Source of the DNA: an uncultured Blastocatellaceae bacterium
GTDB lineage: Bacteria; Acidobacteriota; Blastocatellia; Pyrinomonadales; Pyrinomonadaceae
DNA: 28,337 nt
NCBI GenBank assembly: GCA_964383905.1
Contig: CAYLJO010000061.1
Coordinates: forward strand, 1-28,337
Direction: 5' to 3'
Part shown: positions 19,635 through 27,586 of the stretch, piece after piece
How positions within the stretch are numbered: position 1 is the stretch's first letter
Layout of the letters: every line of letters starts with the position of its first letter
The notes under the pieces: model-generated
Seen by the model: only the letters and a program-made list of their open reading frames with translations
Told to the model about the DNA's origin: nothing
Databases searched by the model: none
Translations under genes and position numbers: made by a program

Positions 19635-19719
19635 CGCTTCCATTTCCATTACACTATGCGCCCTATAGTCTTTCCGGCTTCGCTTTTACTTTCAGCAAAC
19701 TTTTGGAGCTTCAACACGA

Positions 19720-22179
19720 ATGCGTGTACGCACACTCGCGCTCACACTCCTCAATATCTTGGTTCTTACTTCTTCCCTCGCTCCGGCGCAAACGGGTCTA
19801 CAGCCCGGTGCGGCAAGACAGGGCCCGGCGCGGGTGGCCGGCGGGCATGTGCCTGCGCCGGAAGAGGTGCTCGGCTTTCGCCCCGGCGATGACCGGAAAC
19901 TGGCAACCTGGGCCGGCGTCGTCGAGTATTTCCGCAGACTCGCCTCGGCGAGTAATCGTGTGAAGTTTGAGGAGCTGGGCCGGACGACAATGAACGCGCC
20001 CTACGTGATGGCGACGATCAGCGCGCCAGAGAACCTGGCGCGTCTGGACGAGTACAAAGAGATTCAGCGCCGGCTCGCCGACCCGCGGACGCTCGGGGCG
20101 GACTCCGACCGTCAGTCGGCGCAACTCATCGCCCGCGGCAAGACCATCGTGCTTATCACGTGCGGCATTCATTCGACGGAAGTCGGCTCATACCTGTCGA
20201 GCATGCTGATCGCGCACCGCCTGGCGTCGTCGGACGAACCGCTGGTGCGTGAGATTCTACAGAACTGTATTGTACTGCTCGTGCCCGCGCTCAATCCGGA
20301 TGGCGTTGACATCGTGAAGAACTGGTATGACAAGACGCTCGGCACACCTTATGAGGGGACCGATCCGCCCGTGCTCTATCATAAGTACGTCGGCCACGAC
20401 GACAACCGCGACTGGTACGCTTTCACCCAGGTCGAAACGCAGATCGCGGTCGGTAAGATCCACAACGTCTGGCACCCGCAGATCGTCCACGACATACACC
20501 AGCAGGGGGCTTACGGCTCGCGCCTATTTCTGCCGCCGTACATGCGGCCCGTCGAGCCGAATGTGCCGAAGCAGGTTGTCGAAGGCTATACGGAACTTGG
20601 CCGCGCGATGATGAGCGAGATGCGCGCCGCCGGGTTCAAAGGCATCACGACCGACTCCACCTACGACGCATGGACGCCTTCGCGCGCCTACTCACACTAT
20701 CACGGCGGCGTGCGCATCCTCTCCGAAACGGCATCCGCCCGCCTCGCCACACCCATCACCGTCCGTTTCTCAGACCTGCGTCCGGGCGAAGGGTACGACC
20801 CGCGCAAACCGGCGCCCAACTTTCCAGACGTGTGGGAGGGCGGAGAATGGCACCTGCGCGACATCACGAGCTATATGACGACTGCCGCCTTCGCCCTCCT
20901 ACACCATGCCGCGCAGAATCGTGAACACTGGCTCCAGAGGTTTTATGAGATCGGAAAGGAAGCAGTGCGCCCCCGAAAGCCGGGCGAGTTGTTTGCGTTT
21001 GTGATCCCCCCTTCTAAGCATAGTAACGATATCCTTCGTATCTTTAGGTTAGGTGGAATGGAGGTGGATTTAACCTCTGCATTTAGTGTGAACGGGGTGA
21101 AATATCCTCGCTTAACGGCAGTAGTGCGAATGGCACAGCCATACAACAGCTTCGCCAGGGTGCTCATGGAAGCCCAGCGTTACCCCGACCTGCGAGACTC
21201 AGCCGGCAACCCTATCGCCCCTTACGATGTTACAGCGCACACCTTACCACTGTTGATGGGAGTAGGGTTCCGGTCTATGCATGCGGCCTTTACATACAAG
21301 AATTTTGGCGGCGGCGTCGGGGGCTGTGAGGGCTGGGGGGGCCGTCCCGAACGCATCGCTATTTATAGATCGCACGTTCCTTCAATGGACGAAGGTTGGA
21401 CGCGGTGGGTGATCGATCAGCAGTGGACGGCGAAGACACTGGATAAAGGCAGACCCGTTTATACTTCGTTATTTGATGCCGAAGCGCGCGCAGGGGATTT
21501 ACGTGAAAAGTATGACGCGATCATTATCCCGGACCAACCGGCACGCATAATTCTGAACGGTTACAAGCCCGGCACAATGCCCCCGGAACTAACCGGCGGA
21601 CTCGGCGCGGAGGGTGTGCGGAGTTTGCGGGAGTTCGTTGAGCAGGGCGGCACGCTGATTTGCTTGAACAGGGCGGCGGATCTCCCCATCGAACAATTCA
21701 AGCTGCCGGTGCGCGACATCACCAAAGGACTCAAACAGACGGAGTTCTACGCGCCCGGCTCAATCCTGCGTACCGAGCTTGACACGTCGCACCCGATCGC
21801 CGGCGGCATGCCGGAGCAGTCCATCGCGTGGGTAGAGAATTCGCCCGTCTTTGAGATTAGTGATGCAAAAGAAGCGGCGCGTGTTCGCATCATCGCGCGT
21901 TATCCTACGCGGGCCGATCCGCTGCTCTCCGGCTGGCTGCTCGGGGGCCAGCGCATTCGCGGCAAAGCGGCGCTCGTGGAAGTTACGATGGGGCGCGGGC
22001 ACGTCTACCTTTTCGGCTTCCGCCCGCAATATCGCGGGCAATCACTGGCGACCTACCCTCTTTTCTTTAACGCCATCCTTCAGGCAAATAATTTGAGGGC
22101 CTCGCAACTGCCCGGGAAAATAGGCGGCGAAAAAGTGATTGTGCGTGATGCCAATGCCTCTCACCTAGTGGCAAGATAA
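19720..22179 (+). CDS. secreted M14-family zinc carboxypeptidase-like protein with large C-terminal extension
   Basis: Signal peptide MRVRTLALTLLNILVLTSSLAPAQ. M14 zinc-binding region GKTIVLITCGIHSTEVGS (H-x-x-E) and LVPALNPDGVD. 819 aa. Confidence 0.8.
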   Translation: MRVRTLALTLLNILVLTSSLAPAQTGLQPGAARQGPARVAGGHVPAPEEVLGFRPGDDRKLATWAGVVEYFRRLASASNRVKFEELGRTTMNAPYVMATISAPENLARLDEYKEIQRRLADPRTLGADSDRQSAQLIARGKTIVLITCGIHSTEVGSYLSSMLIAHRLASSDEPLVREILQNCIVLLVPALNPDGVDIVKNWYDKTLGTPYEGTDPPVLYHKYVGHDDNRDWYAFTQVETQIAVGKIHNVWHPQIVHDIHQQGAYGSRLFLPPYMRPVEPNVPKQVVEGYTELGRAMMSEMRAAGFKGITTDSTYDAWTPSRAYSHYHGGVRILSETASARLATPITVRFSDLRPGEGYDPRKPAPNFPDVWEGGEWHLRDITSYMTTAAFALLHHAAQNREHWLQRFYEIGKEAVRPRKPGELFAFVIPPSKHSNDILRIFRLGGMEVDLTSAFSVNGVKYPRLTAVVRMAQPYNSFARVLMEAQRYPDLRDSAGNPIAPYDVTAHTLPLLMGVGFRSMHAAFTYKNFGGGVGGCEGWGGRPERIAIYRSHVPSMDEGWTRWVIDQQWTAKTLDKGRPVYTSLFDAEARAGDLREKYDAIIIPDQPARIILNGYKPGTMPPELTGGLGAEGVRSLREFVEQGGTLICLNRAADLPIEQFKLPVRDITKGLKQTEFYAPGSILRTELDTSHPIAGGMPEQSIAWVENSPVFEISDAKEAARVRIIARYPTRADPLLSGWLLGGQRIRGKAALVEVTMGRGHVYLFGFRPQYRGQSLATYPLFFNAILQANNLRASQLPGKIGGEKVIVRDANASHLVAR

Positions 22180-22203
22180 TTGATCTCTCCGCGAACTCCA
22201 GAG

Positions 22204-22250
22204 CCTTTGCGAGATAAATAAGCCCCGCCAAGGCGCAGGGCTCGCAAAGG
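22204..22250. terminator. stem-loop CCTTTGCGAG ... CTCGCAAAGG downstream of the carboxypeptidase gene; probable terminator
   Basis: 10-bp perfect outer arms with an inner GCCCCGCCaaGGCGcaGGGC sub-hairpin, followed by GATTTTG. Confidence 0.5.
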
Positions 22251-22387
22251 GATTTTGAAACCGGCTTTCAATTCCCCCACTTCGGGCGAAGAAACATTCC
22301 ATGCTGCGCCATCGTATAGTATTGTAGGCAACACGCCGGAGGCGGGACAAAGAAGTAAACGGTCCCGCCGGGCGTTTAAAGCCGCCA

Positions 22388-23080
22388 ATGGTTACGCTTC
22401 TCATCACCTCTTTTCTTCTATTAACCGCCATCGCCTTCGCCATCTATTTTTGGCAGCGCACGCCGTCCGGCGCGGGCGCGGAACGGGTTCTACCGCCACC
22501 GCGCCCCGCCCCGTTGTTCGGCAATAACGGTTTGAGCGAACTCCCCGCGGCCGAGCACGAAACAGGCGCTAAAGCTGCGGACTACCGAGCAGCTCTTCTG
22601 ACGCGCGCCGCTTCCGGAGACAAGGAGACCCTGCGAGACGCGCACGCGAGCGGCGACACGGCTCTGTACGACGCGGTTCTGGACGCGCTGGTTGAGCGCG
22701 CATTGGGCTCTGACAAGGCCGTGTTCGCGCTCGTGTCCTATATCACGCGGAGCGACAAGTTACGGGTTAACAGGAAGTTAGCCGAAGCTTTTAGAGAGAC
22801 GTGGGAAGCAGCCCCCGATAAAAGCTCGACCGCCAAGATGCTGCACATCGCGGCGCTCATGGACGATGCCGCGGTCTATCAGAACGCGGTTGAAACGGCC
22901 CTCCAATTCTGGCGCGGCGGGCGCTTACAACGCGTCCCGGCGGATGAGCTGCGTGCGCTGGTGGAGGGCGAGTTCTGGCTGCTGTCGCCGGGAGTGAGAA
23001 AATCGGGCGCGGGCTTTCTGTTGAAACGCAGGATCGCAAGCTGTCGCCGTGAATTGATGGCGGCGACGCGAGCCATATAA
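22388..23080 (+). CDS. hypothetical protein with N-terminal TM anchor, first gene of the SPFH neighbourhood
   Basis: N-terminal hydrophobic helix LLITSFLLLTAIAFAIYFW followed by a ~200-aa Ala/Arg-rich helical soluble region with no recognised motif. Ends 22 nt before the flotillin-like ORF (52 nt before its preferred start). Confidence 0.5.
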   Translation: MVTLLITSFLLLTAIAFAIYFWQRTPSGAGAERVLPPPRPAPLFGNNGLSELPAAEHETGAKAADYRAALLTRAASGDKETLRDAHASGDTALYDAVLDALVERALGSDKAVFALVSYITRSDKLRVNRKLAEAFRETWEAAPDKSSTAKMLHIAALMDDAAVYQNAVETALQFWRGGRLQRVPADELRALVEGEFWLLSPGVRKSGAGFLLKRRIASCRRELMAATRAI

Positions 23081-23132
23081 CGTATTTTACTCACCCTTTG
23101 AAATGTTCTCTGGAAAGTCGAGGACCCTACCT

Positions 23133-25325
23133 ATGAACAACACTGACATGACGTCTTTCGTCCCCTACCTGTTCGGCGCAGTCATACTGCTCGTCGTGCT
23201 GCTCGTAATTTTGAGCCGCATACTCGTGAACGTCGGCGCGCGTGAGATTGCGATTAAAGAGCGGCGTTATTTCGGCGCGAAGATGCCGCCGGGAAGAGTC
23301 GTCGCCACCGAAGGTGAAGTCGGGATTCAGGCCGACGTGCTCAAACCCGGGCTGCATCTGATCAAGTACCCGTTTGAGCGGGTGGTGCGCAAAGTCCCGC
23401 TGATCGAGATCGGCGCGGACGAACTCGGCATTGTCGAGGCCATCGACGGCGAGCCGATGCCGCCCGGACGCGTCTTTGCCCCCGACCGCGCGCAGAACGC
23501 CCATAACAATTTTCAGGACCCGATTGCCTTCATCAAGCAGGGCGGCGTGAAAGGCATTCAGCTCCGCACACTCCCGCCCGGCCTGTGGCCGATTCACCCG
23601 TACCTCTTCCGCGTCTCGGTGAGCAAGACGACTGTCATCCCGCAGGGCAAGGTCGGCGTGATCACAGCGGCCGACGGCGCGCCGCTCGACCCGGGCCGCC
23701 TGCTCGGTAAAGCCATCGAAGGCCACCGCAACTTTCAGGACGCCGAGCTGTTCATTGCGTCCGGCGGCCAGAAGGGGCCGCAGGTAGATATCCTAACGCC
23801 CGGCACGTACCGCATCCTGACTCAGTCCATGCCCATCGAAGACGGCACGAGCACAAAGCCGGGGCTATTCTACATCAAGCTCTACGACGCGACTGTGATC
23901 AACGAGAATGAGATCGGGCTGGTCGAAGCTTTAGACGGCGCGCCGCTCAACCCGCGCGATTACGTCGCCGCGCCGGTCGAGGGCCACGATAATTTTCAGG
24001 ACGGCCATGAGTTCATCGGGCGCGGCGGCCAGCGCGGCCCGCAGAAGGACATCCTGCTGCCCGGCACTTACTACATCAACCCGCAACTCTTCAAAGTGAT
24101 CCCGGAGACCGCCAAGGAAGTGAAACCGGGCGAAGTCGCCGTGATCGTTTCTAACGTCGGCAAAGACCCGTCCGACGAGGTGCGCCGCGTGATGGCGGCT
24201 AAAGTGCGCGAGCGGATGGAGCGTGAAGAGCAGGAGCAGGCGGAGCAATCGGCGGCGCGGCTGGATAAGATAGATAACAGCAGAACCGCCGAAGAGATTA
24301 AAGCCGAGTTGATGACGGGGGACCCGGCGGACAGAAGGCTGGACGAAGGCGCGCACGAAGCCTACGTTGTGCCCGAAGGCTACCGCGGCATCCAGGAATC
24401 GGTCGTCGGGCCGGGCCGCTACTACGTCAACACCCTCGCCATCACGCCGATCGTCATCCCGACCACGAACCAGACGGTGGAATGGACGGCGGGCGAGGTC
24501 GTCAACACCTTCAACCCGTTCGAGGTGATCTCAAAAGACGGCTTCACGATGCAGTTGGAAGTCCGCGTCGTCTTTCGCATCAAGCCGGAAGACGCGCCCT
24601 TCATGGTCGCTAAGATCGGCGGCATCGACCGCTTGATCCAGAACGTGATGCACCCGCTGATCGACTCGATCTTCCGCAACCAGGCGTCGGAGTCCTCCGC
24701 GATGGCCTACCTGCAGAACCGCCACGAGGAGCAGGAGCGGGCCGAAGCGCGTGTCCGCGCACACCTCTTGAAGTATCACGTGGACGTGGTCAACGTCCTG
24801 ATCTGCCACATACACCTGCCGGAAGAGCTGATGAAGACGCAGACGGAAAAGATTCTCGCCGAGCAGCGGCAGAACATGTTTGACGCGCAGCGCGAGGCCG
24901 AAGAGAAGCGCATCCAACTAGAGAAGACCAAAGCGCACGCCGACAACCAGAAAGATCTGATGGCGGCTACGGTCGGCGTGGAGATTGCGGGTAAACGCGC
25001 CGAGCAGCGCAAAGCCGAGGCGGAAGGCGAAGCGCACTACATCCTCGCCACGGGCAAGGCCGAAGCGGAAAAAGTTCGCTTGATGGGCGAAGCCCAGGGC
25101 GTGGCCTATCACGAACAGGTCAACGCGCTCGGCGCGCAGGGCGTCGCGCTCGTCGAAACCCTCAAGGTGATCGGCGAAAAAGGCGTCCGCATCACGCCCG
25201 ACGTGATGGCTTCGGGCGGCACAGGCGACGGCGCGGGCGGCATCGGCACGCTGCTCCTGCTCAACCTGTTCCGCGACCGCCTGAATCTTCCGGCGGACAA
25301 TGGATCAAAAGCGACGGTGAAGTAG
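23133..25325 (+). CDS. flotillin-like SPFH (band 7) protein with N-terminal TM anchor, four tandem SPFH-N-terminal-like beta repeats, a central SPFH domain and a long Ala/Glu-rich coiled-coil tail
   Basis: GAGGA 8 nt upstream of ATG 23133 (ORF track starts 23103). TM helix FVPYLFGAVILLVVLLVILS. Repeats each of the form G-x-V-x-A-x-DG-x-P-L/M-x-PGR...EGH-x-NFQD...GGQ-x-GPQ-x-DIL-x-PGTY (aa ~47-95, 98-172, 176-243, 262-333). SPFH core EVISKDGFTMQLEVRVVFRIKPEDAPFMVAKIGG...LIQNVMHPLIDSIFRNQASE. Flotillin-type tail KAEAEGEAHYILATGKAEAEKVRLMGEAQG. Confidence 0.8.
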   Translation: MNNTDMTSFVPYLFGAVILLVVLLVILSRILVNVGAREIAIKERRYFGAKMPPGRVVATEGEVGIQADVLKPGLHLIKYPFERVVRKVPLIEIGADELGIVEAIDGEPMPPGRVFAPDRAQNAHNNFQDPIAFIKQGGVKGIQLRTLPPGLWPIHPYLFRVSVSKTTVIPQGKVGVITAADGAPLDPGRLLGKAIEGHRNFQDAELFIASGGQKGPQVDILTPGTYRILTQSMPIEDGTSTKPGLFYIKLYDATVINENEIGLVEALDGAPLNPRDYVAAPVEGHDNFQDGHEFIGRGGQRGPQKDILLPGTYYINPQLFKVIPETAKEVKPGEVAVIVSNVGKDPSDEVRRVMAAKVRERMEREEQEQAEQSAARLDKIDNSRTAEEIKAELMTGDPADRRLDEGAHEAYVVPEGYRGIQESVVGPGRYYVNTLAITPIVIPTTNQTVEWTAGEVVNTFNPFEVISKDGFTMQLEVRVVFRIKPEDAPFMVAKIGGIDRLIQNVMHPLIDSIFRNQASESSAMAYLQNRHEEQERAEARVRAHLLKYHVDVVNVLICHIHLPEELMKTQTEKILAEQRQNMFDAQREAEEKRIQLEKTKAHADNQKDLMAATVGVEIAGKRAEQRKAEAEGEAHYILATGKAEAEKVRLMGEAQGVAYHEQVNALGAQGVALVETLKVIGEKGVRITPDVMASGGTGDGAGGIGTLLLLNLFRDRLNLPADNGSKATVK

Positions 25326-25344
25326 CGCCGCCGGCCCATGACCC

Positions 25345-25388
25345 GAAAGGAGAGCGGCTGCTTCGTCAGTGGCAGCCGCTCTCCTTTC
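25345..25388. terminator. 17-bp perfect stem hairpin after the flotillin-like gene
   Basis: GAAAGGAGAGCGGCTGC-ttcgtcagtg-GCAGCCGCTCTCCTTTC. Strong hairpin, but the downstream T-tract is weak. Confidence 0.6.
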
Positions 25389-25600
25389 AAATGAAGTGAC
25401 TATCCAGGCAAGCTCATCGTTGCTGAAGCGCCGGGAAGATGCTAATAACAATATTTCTTACGGTTTGCGGCGATACGGGTTGTCAACCTGTGGAGAGTTT
25501 CGCCGGGCATAAAGAGAACTTTTAGGCTATAAAAATCGTATATATAGCTATGAGAGGCAATCCCGCCCATCACCCGCGCGCACGAGAAATTTAAGCCAAC

Positions 25601-25957
25601 ATGAAAATCAGGCATGTCGTGGTAGCCGCGCTTTACCTGGTCGTCGGCATATCGCTAGTTCTAATTGTCTGGTCAAAGGCGGCGGCGTTGCTGAATGCCC
25701 GTTCGGACGCCAGCGTGATGATGGGATGCGCTTTGATCGTCGCGACGCTGGCCTTCCTTGGCCTTTCTGCTTACCTGCTCCGGCGAAAGTTCTTCGATGA
25801 AGGGGCAGCGAGTCTGAGCGATAAAGACCGGCGTGCGCTCGACCGGCCCGTTTCACAGAGGCGGCTGTTCCCAAAGTCTGTCAACCCCGTTGAGAATTTC
25901 GATGAAGAAACCATCAATCACAAAGAGAGGTCGTCCCATGATAGACGTCAAAATTAA
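25601..25957 (+). CDS. small two-TM membrane protein with charged C-terminal tail; 3' end overlaps the start of the downstream SPFH gene by 21 nt
   Basis: Two hydrophobic helices (VVVAALYLVVGISLVLIVW; VMMGCALIVATLAFLGLSAYLL) then a hydrophilic Arg/Asp/Glu-rich tail. AT-rich promoter-like region upstream (tataaaaatcgtatatatagc). Not an obvious NfeD OB-fold. Confidence 0.5.
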   Translation: MKIRHVVVAALYLVVGISLVLIVWSKAAALLNARSDASVMMGCALIVATLAFLGLSAYLLRRKFFDEGAASLSDKDRRALDRPVSQRRLFPKSVNPVENFDEETINHKERSSHDRRQN

Positions 25958-26837
25958 TAGATCACTGGTCATCTCGGCCGCTGTGTTTATCCTGTTGCTG
26001 GTAGCCAGCGGCCTCCTGGTCGCCGGATGTACGGTCATCCCGCCCGGCTACGTCGGCATTAAAGTCAACCAGTCCGGCGGAAACCGCGGCGTCGAACACT
26101 ATCCTATTCTGACGGGCAGACAGTTTTACAACCCCGTTAACGAGAAGATCTATGAGTATCCGGTCTTCCTCCAAACCATCGTCTGGACCAAAGATCCGAA
26201 AGAGGGCGCCCCGCACGACCAGTCAATCACCTTCAACTCCGTCGAGGGCGCGGTCGTCAACGTTGACGTGAGTCTCTCTTACGCTTTCGTCACGGAGAAA
26301 GTGCCTTCGATTTTCGTCGAGTTCCGCCGCACCCCGCAGGAGATCACAGACACCTACATGCGGACCAAGGTGCGCGATTCCTTCTCACGCATCGCTTCGA
26401 CGATGCCGATCGTCGACATCTACGGGGCGAAGAAGCAGGAGCTGCTCGCCCGGGTGAAACAGGATTTGGAGCGCGAGTTGGAGCCGAAGGGCTTCAAGAT
26501 TGATACCGTCTCGATGGTCGGCAACCCGCGCCTTGATCCCAACGTCATCAACTCGATCAATCAAGCCATCCAGGCGCAGCAGGATGCTCAGCGTGCCCAG
26601 AACAAGGTCGCGCAGGTCGAGGCCGAGGCGCGGCAGAAGATCGCCGAGGCCGAAGGTGAGGCCAAGAGGATCACGACGATCGCTGAAGCTCAAGCGACGG
26701 CTAACGAGCGACTCACCAAGTCGCTCACCCCGCAGTTGGTGCAGTATGAGGCCCTGCAGAAGTGGGACGGCCACATGCCGCAGGTGACGGGCCCAGGCGG
26801 TATGCCCTTCATCCAGCTTCAAGGGGCCGGGAAATGA
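25937..26837 (+). CDS. SPFH/band 7 family membrane protein (stomatin/prohibitin/HflC-like)
   Basis: N-terminal TM LVISAAVFILLLVASGLLVAG then VIPPGYVGIKVNQSGGNRG...PGLH-type SPFH beta start (cf. the repeats in the flotillin gene). VDVSLSYAF, IYGAKKQELLARVKQDLERELEPKGFKIDTVSMVGNP. C-terminal coiled-coil AQRAQNKVAQVEAEARQKIAEAEGEAKRI. Confidence 0.8.
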
Positions 26838-26853
26838 GATAACCGAACAGTGG

Positions 26854-26882
26854 CCGGGCGAGTCTCACGGCAGCTCGCCCGG
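26854..26882. terminator. hairpin CCGGGCGAG-N11-CTCGCCCGG after the SPFH gene
   Basis: 9-bp perfect GC-rich stem, 11-nt loop. Weak downstream U-tract. Confidence 0.4.
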
Positions 26883-26929
26883 TCACTTCCCTCACCGTCT
26901 CCTTCCTGGAATGTAGGAATCGTTCTGAA

Positions 26930-26950
26930 TATGTTTTGGCAACCAAAACA
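26930..26950. promoter_or_regulatory. perfect palindrome ATGTTTTGG-CAA-CCAAAACAT ~75 bp upstream of the HExxH membrane protein gene; candidate operator
   Basis: 9-bp perfect inverted arms with 3-nt spacer in an AT-rich intergenic region. Confidence 0.3.
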
Positions 26951-27022
26951 TAATTGTATTGCGCGAAAGTTTGCCCTGCCGGTAATATCCATAGGGTCAA
27001 TCCTGTCACCGGCAATTAATAG

Positions 27023-27265
27023 ATGACAAGAGATCCGATCAAAACAGTCATCGCCGTCATCGCCGGCCTGTACTTCCTCTGGTGCGCTTATGACCCATAC
27101 CAGTGGCATCTGATAGACGGCGTTAATCTGGTTATTCACGAGGCCGGGCACATTATTTTCATGCCGTTCGGTGAATTTATGATGATCGCCGGGGGATCTC
27201 TGTTCCAGGTTATCATGCCCGCCGCATTCGCCGGGTATTTCTTCTATCACAAGCAGCCGTATTAA
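27023..27265 (+). CDS. polytopic membrane protein with intramembrane HExxH motif (putative zinc metalloprotease-like), N-terminal part; frame continues past an in-frame TAA into the next ORF
   Basis: TM helix VIAVIAGLYFLWCAY then VNLVIHEAGHIIFMPFGEF (HExxH embedded in a hydrophobic segment, reminiscent of site-2-protease / DUF3267-type zincins) and a further helix SLFQVIMPAAFAGYFFY. Stop TAA at 27263-27265. Confidence 0.55.
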   Translation: MTRDPIKTVIAVIAGLYFLWCAYDPYQWHLIDGVNLVIHEAGHIIFMPFGEFMMIAGGSLFQVIMPAAFAGYFFYHKQPY

Positions 27266-27298
27266 GGAGCGCTCGTCCTTTTCTGGGTCGGCGAGAGC

Positions 27299-27520
27299 AT
27301 GTTAAATGTATCCGTCTACGCCGGTGACGCGCTTGACATGCAACTGCCTTTGCTCGGCGGGCAAGATTCAATACACGACTGGAACTATTTACTCGAGCAC
27401 CTCGGGCTGCTGGCGTCCACATCCAAAATCGCCGGCGCGATTCGCCTGGCCGGCACGTTGGTCATCGTCGCGGCACTCTATTTATCGCTTAAGAATAGAT
27501 CTAATGAGCAGCCGGACTGA
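27299..27520 (+). CDS. membrane protein, probable C-terminal part of the HExxH protein (same frame as 27023..27265, separated by one TAA)
   Basis: Same reading frame as the upstream ORF. The 11 codons between the TAA and this ATG encode hydrophobic GALVLFWVGES (helix-like), arguing the frame was once continuous. Contains LPLLGGQD (weak resemblance to the LDGG motif of M50-type proteases) and a C-terminal TM AIRLAGTLVIVAALYLSL. Confidence 0.45.
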   Translation: MLNVSVYAGDALDMQLPLLGGQDSIHDWNYLLEHLGLLASTSKIAGAIRLAGTLVIVAALYLSLKNRSNEQPD

Positions 27521-27586
27521 AAGCGATTTTGACGGGCGCCGAAGCCGATAATTTTAATCATCACTCTCCCGATCCAGGAGCGCGCG

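Noticed and set aside
19437-19719. Searched for canonical sigma-54 promoter (TGGCAC-N5-TTGC) near both repeat-element copies
   Set aside because: No convincing GG-N10-GC match found by eye on either strand, so no sigma-54 promoter feature is reported. The regulatory hypothesis is kept only as inference.
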